From: Candidatus Latescibacterota bacterium
GTDB lineage: Bacteria > Latescibacterota > UBA2968 > UBA8231
DNA: 64,000 bases
Direction of reading: 5' to 3'
Assembly (NCBI GenBank): GCA_965243025.1
Contig: CBDETY010000003.1
Location: 5,632,001-5,696,000 of the forward strand
Shown here: positions 48,929-57,833 of the stretch, piece after piece
Layout: each line of letters opens with the position of its first letter
How positions within the stretch are numbered: position 1 is the first letter of the stretch
Program-made: the position numbers and the translations under genes
Notes under the pieces: generated by a model
What the model saw: the letters and a program-made list of their open reading frames with translations, nothing else
The model's database searches: none
What the model was told of the DNA's origin: nothing

Positions 48929-51586
48929 ATGGGAACTGCGCTCACCTGCTTTCTCGCCTGCCTTCTCCTCGCAGCTCCCGGCCGCGGCCAGGAGGGCTTC
49001 TCCCTCGAGTTGGGCCGAGCCGTGGTCGACTCGAAGGAGCAGTGGGAGCGCTGGCACGCCCCCTTCAAGACCATCCGGATCACCGACGAGGGCGTGAAGC
49101 CCGCCTTTATCCGCAAGAGCACCCTTCTCGACATCGACGGCCGGGAAACCGTCGTTCCCGGGATCAACGCCGTCCTCAACGCCTGGGAGTTCGGCGGAGG
49201 CGCAACCGTGGCCGGTTCCAACCTCGGTGCCGCTCCCGCCCTGATGGACGGCCGCCTGGACACCTGGTGGGAGCCGGACCGGTCTGACCGGCTCGAGGAC
49301 TGGTGGGTGGAGGTCGATCTGGGACGCACCGTTTCGGCCAACCGCATCGTGCTCAGGTTCGTCGGCGAGGAGTTCGGAGATCCATTCCTGCATTTCAAGG
49401 TGACCACCTCCCAGGGAGAGACGGTCGTCGGTCCGCGCATCTTCAGGACCCGGTTCGTCACCGGAAACCCGGTCAAGAACGAACGGGTGTTCGAGATCGA
49501 CCTGACCAAGCAGCTTCCCACCAAGTGGCCGAGGGTGACCGGCGACTTCACGGGGGACGTGATCCGCTATGTCGGAGTCGGCATCACCGGCAGCGACTAC
49601 GGCAAGGCGAGGCGGGTCACGCAGGAGGAGTACGAAGCCCTTCCCCCCGAGCACCAGGGAGACATCGAGTACTTCCGGCAGCGTCCCTCCGGCAGCCTGA
49701 CCCTGCTCGAGGAGGGGAAGGAGGGCTGGGACGCCCTGGCCGGCACCGCCAGCCAGGGGCCGGCGGTCCATTACCGCCGCGAGCTTCCCAGGCTGGCCGA
49801 GATCGAGGTGTGGGCGATCGGGGACAACATCGGCACCGGGGTGCTGGAGCGCGGCGGCGCGGTGACCAGCGACGAGAACAGCGGCGAAGAAGGGGCCGTG
49901 GTCGACGGGGACTTCTTCGGCGAGGTGATCTACTGGACCGCCCGGGGGGCCTACAACCCGAACCTGCTGCCCACCTCGGCGCCGGCCGACATCGAACGCC
50001 AGCTGGTCGTCGACCTGGGGGGCGCGTTTTTCCTCGACAACATCCGGGTGCTGCAGATCGCCGCCCCGGCGCACACGGGACCCTTCCCCGACTACCACAT
50101 CCGCCTCTCGGACGGGTCGACCAACGCCGGCGGAACCCTGGCCTGGAAGACGGTGGGCTCGGTGTCCGGCCTCGAAACCACGGGGAGGAGCCCGACCAGC
50201 CAGCGCTACAACGACTTCAAGTTCCCGCTCACGGTCGCCAAGTATTTCTCCTTCACCTACCGGGTCTTCCCCAACACCCGATGGGTGGGAATCGCCCAGG
50301 ACTTCGGTCTCTCCGAAATCCAGTTTTTCGGCGAAGGGTTCATGCCGGAGTCCTGGATCGAATCGGTTTTCGGAGGGGAGTCGCCGTACATCGAGCTGGG
50401 CGACCAGCCCCAGAACCTGGCGACGATCGAGTGGGACGCCGATACCCCTCCCGGCACCGACCTGGTCCTGCAGACGCGGACCGGCAACACGGTCGAGACG
50501 GTGACCCATTACTACAAGAACAACGGGGATGTATACCCCGGCACCGAAGAGGAAGCGGCCAAAGCCTACAACAGCGACAAGGATCTTTTCGGCGAGAACT
50601 CGGTCGGTCCGGCCATCACCGAGACCATACCGGGTCCGGACTGGAGCGGCTGGAGCCAGCCGTATTTCGAGCCGGGAGAGAAGATCACCTCGCCGAGTCC
50701 GCGCCGCTACGTGTCGATCCGGGCGACGTTCCTGACGGAAGATCCGATGGCGGCCGCGACGCTGCGTTCGCTGGCGCTGAACTTCGTGACGCCGGTGGCC
50801 GGGGCGATCGTGGGGGAGGTGCTGCCGTCCCGTCTGGAGGAGATCGGCCTGAAGCAGGAGCTGTCCTACTTCGTGCGCTCGACTTTCGAGGAGGGCAGCC
50901 AGGGGTTCGACGAGGTGCTCATCGAGGCGCCGGACGGGGTGGAGATGTCGCTGAGGCAGGCGCAGGTGAACGTCACCGGCCGGGAAGCGGTGACCTACAC
51001 CCCCGGCAGCGAGGGCTTCGAGGTGGTTCGGAACGAGTCGGACTCGCTGTGGGTGCGCTTTCCCGAGGCGCTCAAGACGACGAGCGGCTCGGTGCTTGTC
51101 GAGGTCGCGTTCGAAGCGACGATTTTCGGATACAACACCTACTTCATCGGCTCGACGGGTCACTCGGAGTTCGCGAACTCGTGGCAGCGGGTGGATGACG
51201 GGGATGCCAACGGGGTCAACGACAGCGAGACGACGGTGGTGCTGGCCCTGGAGCCCGGAGAGCTGCTGGGGAACCTGGAGATCGACGGCAGCTTCACACC
51301 GAACGGGGACGGCGTCAACGAGGAGCTGGAGGTGGGGTATTCGCTGATGCGGGTGGGAAGAGCCGCCCCGGTGCGGGTGGAGGTGTATGACCTGGGCGGC
51401 CGCCTGGTGAGCCGCTTGAGCGACGACTCGCAGGAGGCGGGCCGCCACAAGGTGACCTGGACCGGCAGGGACGGCTCGGGGGGACTGGCTCCCCCGGGCA
51501 TCTACCTGTTGCGCATCGACCTGGACGTCGACGACAAGTCGGGCAAGAACAGCTCCGTCCACCGGCTGGTGCATCTCGCGTACTGA
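48929..51586 (+). CDS. Large secreted protein with C-terminal FlgD-Ig/CHU_C-like domain (paralog A')
   Basis: Signal peptide; collinear along its whole length with 43749-46364 (e.g. ETVVPGINAVLNA, GDPFLHFKVTTSQGE, SWQRVDDGDANG). Confidence 0.85.
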   Translation: MGTALTCFLACLLLAAPGRGQEGFSLELGRAVVDSKEQWERWHAPFKTIRITDEGVKPAFIRKSTLLDIDGRETVVPGINAVLNAWEFGGGATVAGSNLGAAPALMDGRLDTWWEPDRSDRLEDWWVEVDLGRTVSANRIVLRFVGEEFGDPFLHFKVTTSQGETVVGPRIFRTRFVTGNPVKNERVFEIDLTKQLPTKWPRVTGDFTGDVIRYVGVGITGSDYGKARRVTQEEYEALPPEHQGDIEYFRQRPSGSLTLLEEGKEGWDALAGTASQGPAVHYRRELPRLAEIEVWAIGDNIGTGVLERGGAVTSDENSGEEGAVVDGDFFGEVIYWTARGAYNPNLLPTSAPADIERQLVVDLGGAFFLDNIRVLQIAAPAHTGPFPDYHIRLSDGSTNAGGTLAWKTVGSVSGLETTGRSPTSQRYNDFKFPLTVAKYFSFTYRVFPNTRWVGIAQDFGLSEIQFFGEGFMPESWIESVFGGESPYIELGDQPQNLATIEWDADTPPGTDLVLQTRTGNTVETVTHYYKNNGDVYPGTEEEAAKAYNSDKDLFGENSVGPAITETIPGPDWSGWSQPYFEPGEKITSPSPRRYVSIRATFLTEDPMAAATLRSLALNFVTPVAGAIVGEVLPSRLEEIGLKQELSYFVRSTFEEGSQGFDEVLIEAPDGVEMSLRQAQVNVTGREAVTYTPGSEGFEVVRNESDSLWVRFPEALKTTSGSVLVEVAFEATIFGYNTYFIGSTGHSEFANSWQRVDDGDANGVNDSETTVVLALEPGELLGNLEIDGSFTPNGDGVNEELEVGYSLMRVGRAAPVRVEVYDLGGRLVSRLSDDSQEAGRHKVTWTGRDGSGGLAPPGIYLLRIDLDVDDKSGKNSSVHRLVHLAY

Positions 51587-51891
51587 TTCCGACGCGGGGA
51601 AACCCCCCTGAGAAACAAGGCCTGAATCAGGCCGAGCGGCGTCATGGCCCGCCCAATCCATCGCCGCCGACTTCCGCAACTTCCGCTGCGCTCCTTCCTC
51701 TCTCTCAGAAAAGCCTTGAAACGCGAAGGTCGCGGTACCTGGCGCGGGTGCGCTGCACCTCGAGCCAGATGAAAACCGGGACTCCGGTTTGAAGGACAAC
51801 CATCCCGGCGCCCGCGGGGGCCGCCCCCGGGCGACTTCCTCATCAGTACCCGGTGGGTAAGTTCCAGGCCAGCCGAGTCGTGGGGGTGGTG

Positions 51892-52791
51892 TTACCTCGT
51901 CAGCGTTCCGGCGAAATGGTCGAGGAAGCGCGGCGCATCCACCGCCACGCACACGTCGGTGTTTGGCTCGGCATCCCTTGCCGGGGCCGGAACCGTCGCC
52001 CCGTTGAGGTGCCCGGACCTCGTCTCCACCTCGATCCGCATGGGCCGCGTCTCGCAGAAGGTGGGATCGAACACCATGGCGACGGCCAGCGGATCGTGCA
52101 GTAACGGCCGGCGCTGCGGGTTGTCACCCCGCCAGAGCTGGATCAGCTCGAAGCAGAGCCGGTTGATCGGGCGGTCCACGGCCCCGACCGCCCGCACCTG
52201 GTCCAAGCTCATGCGGCACTGCTCGGTCACGTCCAGGCCGACCATGGTGATCGGAACCCCGGTCCCGAACACGATGCGCGTTGCCTCCGGATCGCACAGG
52301 GCGTTCCACTCCGGGCGGGGGCGGTTGGTGCACCCGCCCATCAGGCAGATCCTGGCTCTGTCGGCCATGCGGGGTTCTATAGTGAAGGCGGCCGCGATGT
52401 TCGTCAGCGGGCCGATCGGCACCAGGGTGACGTCGCCGGCGCCGCTCATGACGGTGTCGACGATGAAGTCGACCGCGCCCCGGGACGCGGGCCTGGTCGA
52501 TGCCGGGTATCGCTCGAGCGCCTGCATCTGGTGCGGCTCATGTGCCGCGATCGCCGCCCGGCCCTCGGTCACCGAATCGAGCAGGGGCTTCCCCAGGCCG
52601 GCGTAAACCCCGACGTCGCTCCGCCCCAGCGCCTCCAGCACGCAGCAGGCGAGCTCGGCCCGGCGGACGGTGTCGCGGAACACGGTGGTGACCCCGAGCA
52701 ACTCGATCTCCCCGCACATGAGTGCGTACGCGAGCGCCAGCGCGTCGTCGATGTCGTCCCCGATGTCGGTGTCCAGGATGATCTTGTGCAC
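51892..52791 (-). CDS. Nucleoside hydrolase (IU-NH family)
   Basis: DTDIGDDIDD, IGPLTNIA, EWNALCDPEA, LHDPLA. Confidence 0.92.
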   Translation of the reverse strand: MHKIILDTDIGDDIDDALALAYALMCGEIELLGVTTVFRDTVRRAELACCVLEALGRSDVGVYAGLGKPLLDSVTEGRAAIAAHEPHQMQALERYPASTRPASRGAVDFIVDTVMSGAGDVTLVPIGPLTNIAAAFTIEPRMADRARICLMGGCTNRPRPEWNALCDPEATRIVFGTGVPITMVGLDVTEQCRMSLDQVRAVGAVDRPINRLCFELIQLWRGDNPQRRPLLHDPLAVAMVFDPTFCETRPMRIEVETRSGHLNGATVPAPARDAEPNTDVCVAVDAPRFLDHFAGTLTR

Positions 52792-52920
52792 TGCGCGCTC
52801 CTCTCCGGCGGGCAGACCGCCAAGGGTGGATCCATGTGCAGGTAAAAATAGAGCCGGCCGGGGAACAGACCCTGCCTGGACAGCCTCGAACGGGGCCGGA
52901 TCGGTCAGGGTCGATGATTC

Positions 52921-53703
52921 TCAGGGGACCGCCACCGGCCGGGCCTTCCCCGATGTCGGGTCAGGCCGGACATCGGCCGCCTCCAGGGCGACGCGGAAAC
53001 CGTAGTCGGTCAGCTGCCGGTCGGGCAGGATCGCCGAGCGGTGGGCGCAGCGGGTGACCTTGACGGCGTGCCGCCAGGAGCCGCCCCGGGAGGCGCGCCG
53101 CTGGCCGGCGGCCGGGCCGGGAGGGTTGCGGTCCGGGGAGACGGCGTAGTATCCCGGGTCGTACCAGTCCGAGCACCACTCGTGGACGAGGTCGCCCATG
53201 TTGTGCAGGCCGTAGCCGTTTGGGGGGTCCCGGCCGACGCGGTCGGGGCGCTCAACGTCGTCGCCCCGGTAGCGGGGGTCCATCCAGTCGGGAGGGCCGT
53301 CGCCCCAGGGGTATTCCCGCTCCTCCATCCCGCCCCGGGAGGCCTTCTCGCGTTCGGCCTCGGTGGGGAGGCGGAAGGCGGCGTCCAGCTCGGCGGAGAG
53401 CCAGGCGCAGTAGGCGACGGCGTCGAACCAGCTCACCGCCACGGCCGGCTGCTCCGGGTCGGCGAAGCGCTCGTCCCCCCAGGAGCGCGGCGGCGGGCGG
53501 CCGGCCGCGTCGAGGAAGGACTGGTACTCGAGGCGGGTCACGGGCCGCAGGGCCAGGGCGAAGGCGTCGACCCAGACGCCGTGGGCGGGCGCCTCGTTGG
53601 CGCGGCCCCGGTCGCTGCCCATGCGGAACCGGCCCTCCGGGATCAGGGCCACCTCCGGCACCGCCGGGGGAACTGCGGCGGCGGAGTCCACCGCCCGGCT
53701 CAT
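52921..53703 (-). CDS. Formylglycine-generating enzyme (SUMF1/EgtB/PvdO) family protein
   Basis: FRMGS, FRLPTEAERE, PNGYGLHNM, EWCSDWY, RGGSW, GFRVA; lacks the FGE CxxxxC pair. Confidence 0.88.
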   Translation of the reverse strand: MSRAVDSAAAVPPAVPEVALIPEGRFRMGSDRGRANEAPAHGVWVDAFALALRPVTRLEYQSFLDAAGRPPPRSWGDERFADPEQPAVAVSWFDAVAYCAWLSAELDAAFRLPTEAEREKASRGGMEEREYPWGDGPPDWMDPRYRGDDVERPDRVGRDPPNGYGLHNMGDLVHEWCSDWYDPGYYAVSPDRNPPGPAAGQRRASRGGSWRHAVKVTRCAHRSAILPDRQLTDYGFRVALEAADVRPDPTSGKARPVAVP

Positions 53704-53875
53704 GAGCGGGCCGGAACTTCCCGGGACTCGACGATGCGCAGCCATGGAAACAATAAGGCACCATTCCGGACTCCCGGCCAAGGCGCAGAGCGCGGCGCCG
53801 AGGCCGACCTGCTCGTCATGCCCGGGGGGAAGCTCTACGGCTGGCGACGGGTGCCTGCGGATTCCCAAAACAGAT

Positions 53876-53903
53876 TTGACATACAACCATTTCGTCGTAC
53901 GTT
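53876..53903 (+). promoter_or_regulatory. Sigma-70 promoter TTGACA-N16-TACGTT
   Basis: Consensus -35 and TAnnnT -10 in an AT-rich tract about 45 nt before the ATPase start. Confidence 0.55.
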
Positions 53904-53947
53904 TGGTTTATAAAACAATTCTGCTTTACAACCGAAATGGTGTGAAA

Positions 53948-55177
53948 ATGGAAAACGTCCCCGAGTTCTACACGGGCGCTCCCGTCGACCCGGTTGACCT
54001 GCGTTTCCGCGAGACGTTTCTGGCGGAGCTGTGGCAGACGCTGCGCACCGGGCATGTGGTCCTCACGGCTCCTCGGCGAACCGGCAAGACCAGCGTCATG
54101 GATTACCTGCGCGACCATCCCGAGAACGGATTCTCTGTGGTGTCCATCAGCGTTCAGGACCTGACCCATCCCGCCGACTTCTTCCAGGTGCTGCTCGATG
54201 GATTCCACGATGCGCATCCGGATTTCGTGCGCGGCCGGCTTGCCGCGGGTTGGGAACTCGTCAGCGGTGTGGTCGGAAAGGTCGACGAAATCGGTGTCGG
54301 CGGCTTCAAGCTCGGGCTGCGCGAGAGCGCCCCCGACTGGCGCACGAACTGGCGCCAGTACGGCGACACGTTTCTCGCCCATGCCCGCAAAACCGATACC
54401 CGGATTCTTTTCATCATCGACGAGTTTCCCGACATGCTGCTCAGCCTGTCCCGGGAAGATGAAGGGTTGCCGCGCGAGTTCCTCGCCTGGTTTCGCACCC
54501 AGCGACAGAATCCGGCGCCGGCAAGGGATTCGGTTCGCTGGCTGATCGGCGGCTCGGTCAATCTGGGCGGCACCCTCGACGCCCTCGGGCTGGTCCACCT
54601 CATCAACGACCTCGAAGACGTTTCCCTGCCGCCCCTCACCGATGGCGACATCGAAGCCTTCGTGAAGGAGATGCTGGGCGGCCGGGGCGTCCCCTTCGAC
54701 GACGACGTTACGCAACGGCTCATCGCTCGCCTGGGCAGTCCCATCCCCTTCTTCATGCAGATGACGACCCAGAATCTCTACCGGTTGTGGAAACGGGAGC
54801 AACGCAGGATCACCGGGGCGGATGTCGATGCCGTGTTCGACGCGATGGTCGTCGGTTCCGCGGCACGCACCCGACTGCAGCACTTCCATTCGAGGATCAA
54901 CCAGTACTATGCGGATCCGAAACGCTCGATTGCCCATGCCTTGCTGGGACAGATCAGCGTGAGTGAATCAGGGCTTAGGCGCGCAACCCTGTTGCATGAG
55001 ACGGAACGCCTGCTGGAAGGTCTCGGCGTCACGCTCCCGGTGCATGAACGCAGGCAGATGTTCAACCAGCTGCTGCTCGACCTGGAGAACGATTTCTACA
55101 TCGTCGAGGTCGAGGAGCCGTTCTACGACTTTGCCAGCGGCGTCCTGAAATCGTGGTGGAGGAAATACCATGCCTGA
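53948..55177 (+). CDS. P-loop ATPase (STAND/AAA-like) with C-terminal winged helix
   Basis: Walker A APRRTGKTS, Walker B LFIIDEFP, LIGGS, IPFFMQ. Confidence 0.85.
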   Translation: MENVPEFYTGAPVDPVDLRFRETFLAELWQTLRTGHVVLTAPRRTGKTSVMDYLRDHPENGFSVVSISVQDLTHPADFFQVLLDGFHDAHPDFVRGRLAAGWELVSGVVGKVDEIGVGGFKLGLRESAPDWRTNWRQYGDTFLAHARKTDTRILFIIDEFPDMLLSLSREDEGLPREFLAWFRTQRQNPAPARDSVRWLIGGSVNLGGTLDALGLVHLINDLEDVSLPPLTDGDIEAFVKEMLGGRGVPFDDDVTQRLIARLGSPIPFFMQMTTQNLYRLWKREQRRITGADVDAVFDAMVVGSAARTRLQHFHSRINQYYADPKRSIAHALLGQISVSESGLRRATLLHETERLLEGLGVTLPVHERRQMFNQLLLDLENDFYIVEVEEPFYDFASGVLKSWWRKYHA

Positions 55178-57773
55178 GCCGACCCTAAATTCGAAAATCG
55201 GTCTGTACCGATCCGGCGTAACCAGCCCGGAGCGCCTGCACCGCACCAGCGTCGCGCGCCAACACCTGCTCGACAACGCCATCGAATCCCTGCGCGGTTC
55301 GGTGGGCAGGAAGTCGAAGAACCACCTGCTGTTTATCGGCCCGCGCGGGATCGGCAAGACCCACCTGCTCTCGTGCATCGAAGACGCCGTTCAGTCCGAT
55401 GAAACCCTGAGCCCATGTGTCGTAATCGTCCGGTTCCCGGAGGAATCGAACCGGACGCTGTCCTTCGCCGATTTCCTTATCGGCATGTGCGAAATATTGA
55501 AGGAGGTCCTCGAAGAGGAACCGCTGTGGGCGAAGCTGTTTGCCGCAGTGCAGACCGAAGAAGACGACGCCAGGGTTGCCGACAGGCTGGTGCCGGCGAT
55601 CCGCGAAGAGAACCGCAGGCGCGGCCGAACCATGCTGGTCATGCTCGAAAACCTGGGCGAGATCCTGGACCAGCAAATTCGACGCAAGAACCACGTCGCC
55701 GCCCTGCGCCAGTTCTTCATGGGCGACAACGGCTGCCTGCTGCTGGCCACCGCGCCGAGGCATTTCGACGGGATCACCGACGTGAGCCAGCCGTTCTACG
55801 ACTTCTTCGACACTCAGATCCTGGATAACCTGAGCTTCGGGGAAACGGTCGAGGTCATCCGCCTGAACCTCGAATGGGAAGAACGCACCGACATTCTCGA
55901 AACGCTGGACGAAATGCGCCCGCGGCTGCAAGCGCTTTATCGCATGACGGGGGGAAATCCACGTTTGACGATGATGCTCTACGAGCTGATCGCCCACGAG
56001 TCGGTCATCAGCGTGCAGGATCAGTTCCTCCAGCTGCTCGACCGGATCTCGCCGTTCTACCAGGGACGATTGAACGATCTGCCGCCGGGCCAGCGCGCCC
56101 TGCTGGAATGTCTGGCGAGCATGCGCGACCAGGAGAAGACTCCGGCCGCCATTGCCGCGCGAATGCGCATGAGCCAGCAGGAGACGTCGTCGCTTCTCAA
56201 GCGTCTCACCAGTGCCCACTACCTGCGCGCAGACCGGCACCCGCGGGACAAGCGTTCGCGCCTCTACACGATACGCGAGGGTTTCTTCGACATCTGGCTC
56301 GCGATGAGCCTCTCCCGCGGGGCACGCAGGCGCATGCCGTTCCTGCTCGACTTCTTCAGTCTCTTCTACCCGAGCATCGCGGCCCGCGAGGAAAAGCGCC
56401 GTCAGTTGCGCGCGAAGCTTCTCGAAGAGGGCAGCGATGACGCGGAAAGGTCCCTCGACTACCTGAGTGAAGTCGGCGGCGAAGGGGAGCGGGCGACCGC
56501 GAAGTTCGACATGGCCAGAACTTATGCCCGCCGTGGAGATTTCGATCAGACGGTGAGCTACGTGCGGGAAGCCGCGCCCCTGGCCGGAGACGGAGTGAGC
56601 CGGTCGATTGTCCGCATTGCCGACAGCACTCCGTCCGCTCCCGACTATCTCTCGGAAATCGAGGAGATGATCGAGTGCTGGGAGCTGCACCGCAGTGGCG
56701 AGCTCGAGGAGTTTGCCTACCGGCTGGCGGAGATGGGGGAAGGACTGACCCTCCGCACGTTCTCCGAGACCAGACTGGCGTTTCTGCGAGATACCCTGGA
56801 AAGCGTGGGGGATGCCGAGGATCGGATCGCGCAGCGCCTGGGAATTGCGGCGGTTCTGATGGATCTCGCACGCTGGGAGGAGTGCGAGGAGCAGCAGCGC
56901 CAAGCGCTTGCCGAGGCGACGGCACTCGCCGATTCCGACCTTGTCGCAAGGGCGTCGAACGAGCTGGGGCAGCTGCTGCAGCGCACAAACCGACTCGGAG
57001 AGGCGGAACCGCTGATGCGTCGTGCACTGGAGATCTTCCTGGCCGCCTACGGCGAGCAGCACCCGGAGGTGGCAACTTGCTCGAGTAACCTGGCTTCTCT
57101 GCTGCATGACACCAACCGGACCGAGGAAGCCGAACCGCTGATGCGGCGTGCCCTGGAGACCGCGGAGGCCTCCCTCGGCGAGCAGCACTCGACCGTGGCG
57201 ATCTACCTGAACAACCTGGCGATTCTGCTGAAGGACACCAACCGGATCGGGGAAGCCGAACCGCTGATGCGGCGTGCGCTGGAGATCGACGTGGAGGCCC
57301 TCGGTGAGCAGCACCCAACCGTGGGGAACCGCTTGAACAACCTGGCGAATCTGCTGCTGAACACCAACCGAATCGAGGAAGCCGAACCCTTGATGCGGCG
57401 TGCGCTTGAGATCGACGAGGCCGCCTTCGGGGAACAGCACCCGAGGGTGGCGACTTGCTTGAACAACCTGGCGACTCTGCTGCATGGTAGCGGCCGGATC
57501 GAGGAAGCCGAGCCGCTGATGCGTCGTGCGTTGGAGATCCGCGAGAGGGCTTTCGGTCAGCGGCATCCAGACGTAGCGACACACATGAACAACCTGGCGA
57601 CCCTGCTGCTGGACACTCACCGGATCGAGGAAGCCGAGCCCTTGATGCGGCGATCCCTGGAAATCCTGGACACCTTCCGTCGCCAAACCGGGCACGAGCA
57701 CCCGCACTTCCAAGACGCGAACGAGAGCTACCAGACCCTTAAGCGAGCCATGGGATCCAACGAGCCGGACTGA
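55170..57773 (+). CDS. STAND-like ATPase + wHTH + TPR-repeat protein
   Basis: GPRGIGKT, Walker B LVMLEN, TGGNPR, TPAAIAARMRM..ETSSLLKRL, six 42-aa TPRs; 8-nt overlap with the upstream gene. Confidence 0.85.
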   Translation: MPEPTLNSKIGLYRSGVTSPERLHRTSVARQHLLDNAIESLRGSVGRKSKNHLLFIGPRGIGKTHLLSCIEDAVQSDETLSPCVVIVRFPEESNRTLSFADFLIGMCEILKEVLEEEPLWAKLFAAVQTEEDDARVADRLVPAIREENRRRGRTMLVMLENLGEILDQQIRRKNHVAALRQFFMGDNGCLLLATAPRHFDGITDVSQPFYDFFDTQILDNLSFGETVEVIRLNLEWEERTDILETLDEMRPRLQALYRMTGGNPRLTMMLYELIAHESVISVQDQFLQLLDRISPFYQGRLNDLPPGQRALLECLASMRDQEKTPAAIAARMRMSQQETSSLLKRLTSAHYLRADRHPRDKRSRLYTIREGFFDIWLAMSLSRGARRRMPFLLDFFSLFYPSIAAREEKRRQLRAKLLEEGSDDAERSLDYLSEVGGEGERATAKFDMARTYARRGDFDQTVSYVREAAPLAGDGVSRSIVRIADSTPSAPDYLSEIEEMIECWELHRSGELEEFAYRLAEMGEGLTLRTFSETRLAFLRDTLESVGDAEDRIAQRLGIAAVLMDLARWEECEEQQRQALAEATALADSDLVARASNELGQLLQRTNRLGEAEPLMRRALEIFLAAYGEQHPEVATCSSNLASLLHDTNRTEEAEPLMRRALETAEASLGEQHSTVAIYLNNLAILLKDTNRIGEAEPLMRRALEIDVEALGEQHPTVGNRLNNLANLLLNTNRIEEAEPLMRRALEIDEAAFGEQHPRVATCLNNLATLLHGSGRIEEAEPLMRRALEIRERAFGQRHPDVATHMNNLATLLLDTHRIEEAEPLMRRSLEILDTFRRQTGHEHPHFQDANESYQTLKRAMGSNEPD
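56940..57700 (+). repeat. Six 126-bp coding repeats (kinesin-light-chain-type TPR)
   Basis: EAEPLMRR anchors at 57000, 57126, 57252, 57378, 57504 and 57630. Confidence 0.92.
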
Positions 57774-57789
57774 TCGGCATGCGATTGGC

Positions 57790-57815
57790 CGTCACAATCT
57801 GTCGATTGTGGTGTC
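57790..57815 (+). promoter_or_regulatory. Candidate ECF promoter (CGTCACA-N15-TGTC) overlapping the inverted repeat CACAATC-tgtc-GATTGTG
   Basis: Perfect 7-bp inverted repeat at 57793-57810; GTCACA/TGTC elements directly before the ECF gene. Confidence 0.45.
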
Positions 57816-57833
57816 CTGTAAGTGGGTACTCCA

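Noticed and set aside
52921-53703. True formylglycine-generating enzyme
   Set aside because: Catalytic Cys pair after RGGS is absent and no sulfatase is adjacent
56940-57700. Regular repeats as a CRISPR array or DGR target
   Set aside because: Period of 126 nt is in frame and encodes TPRs; no cas or reverse transcriptase gene in the window
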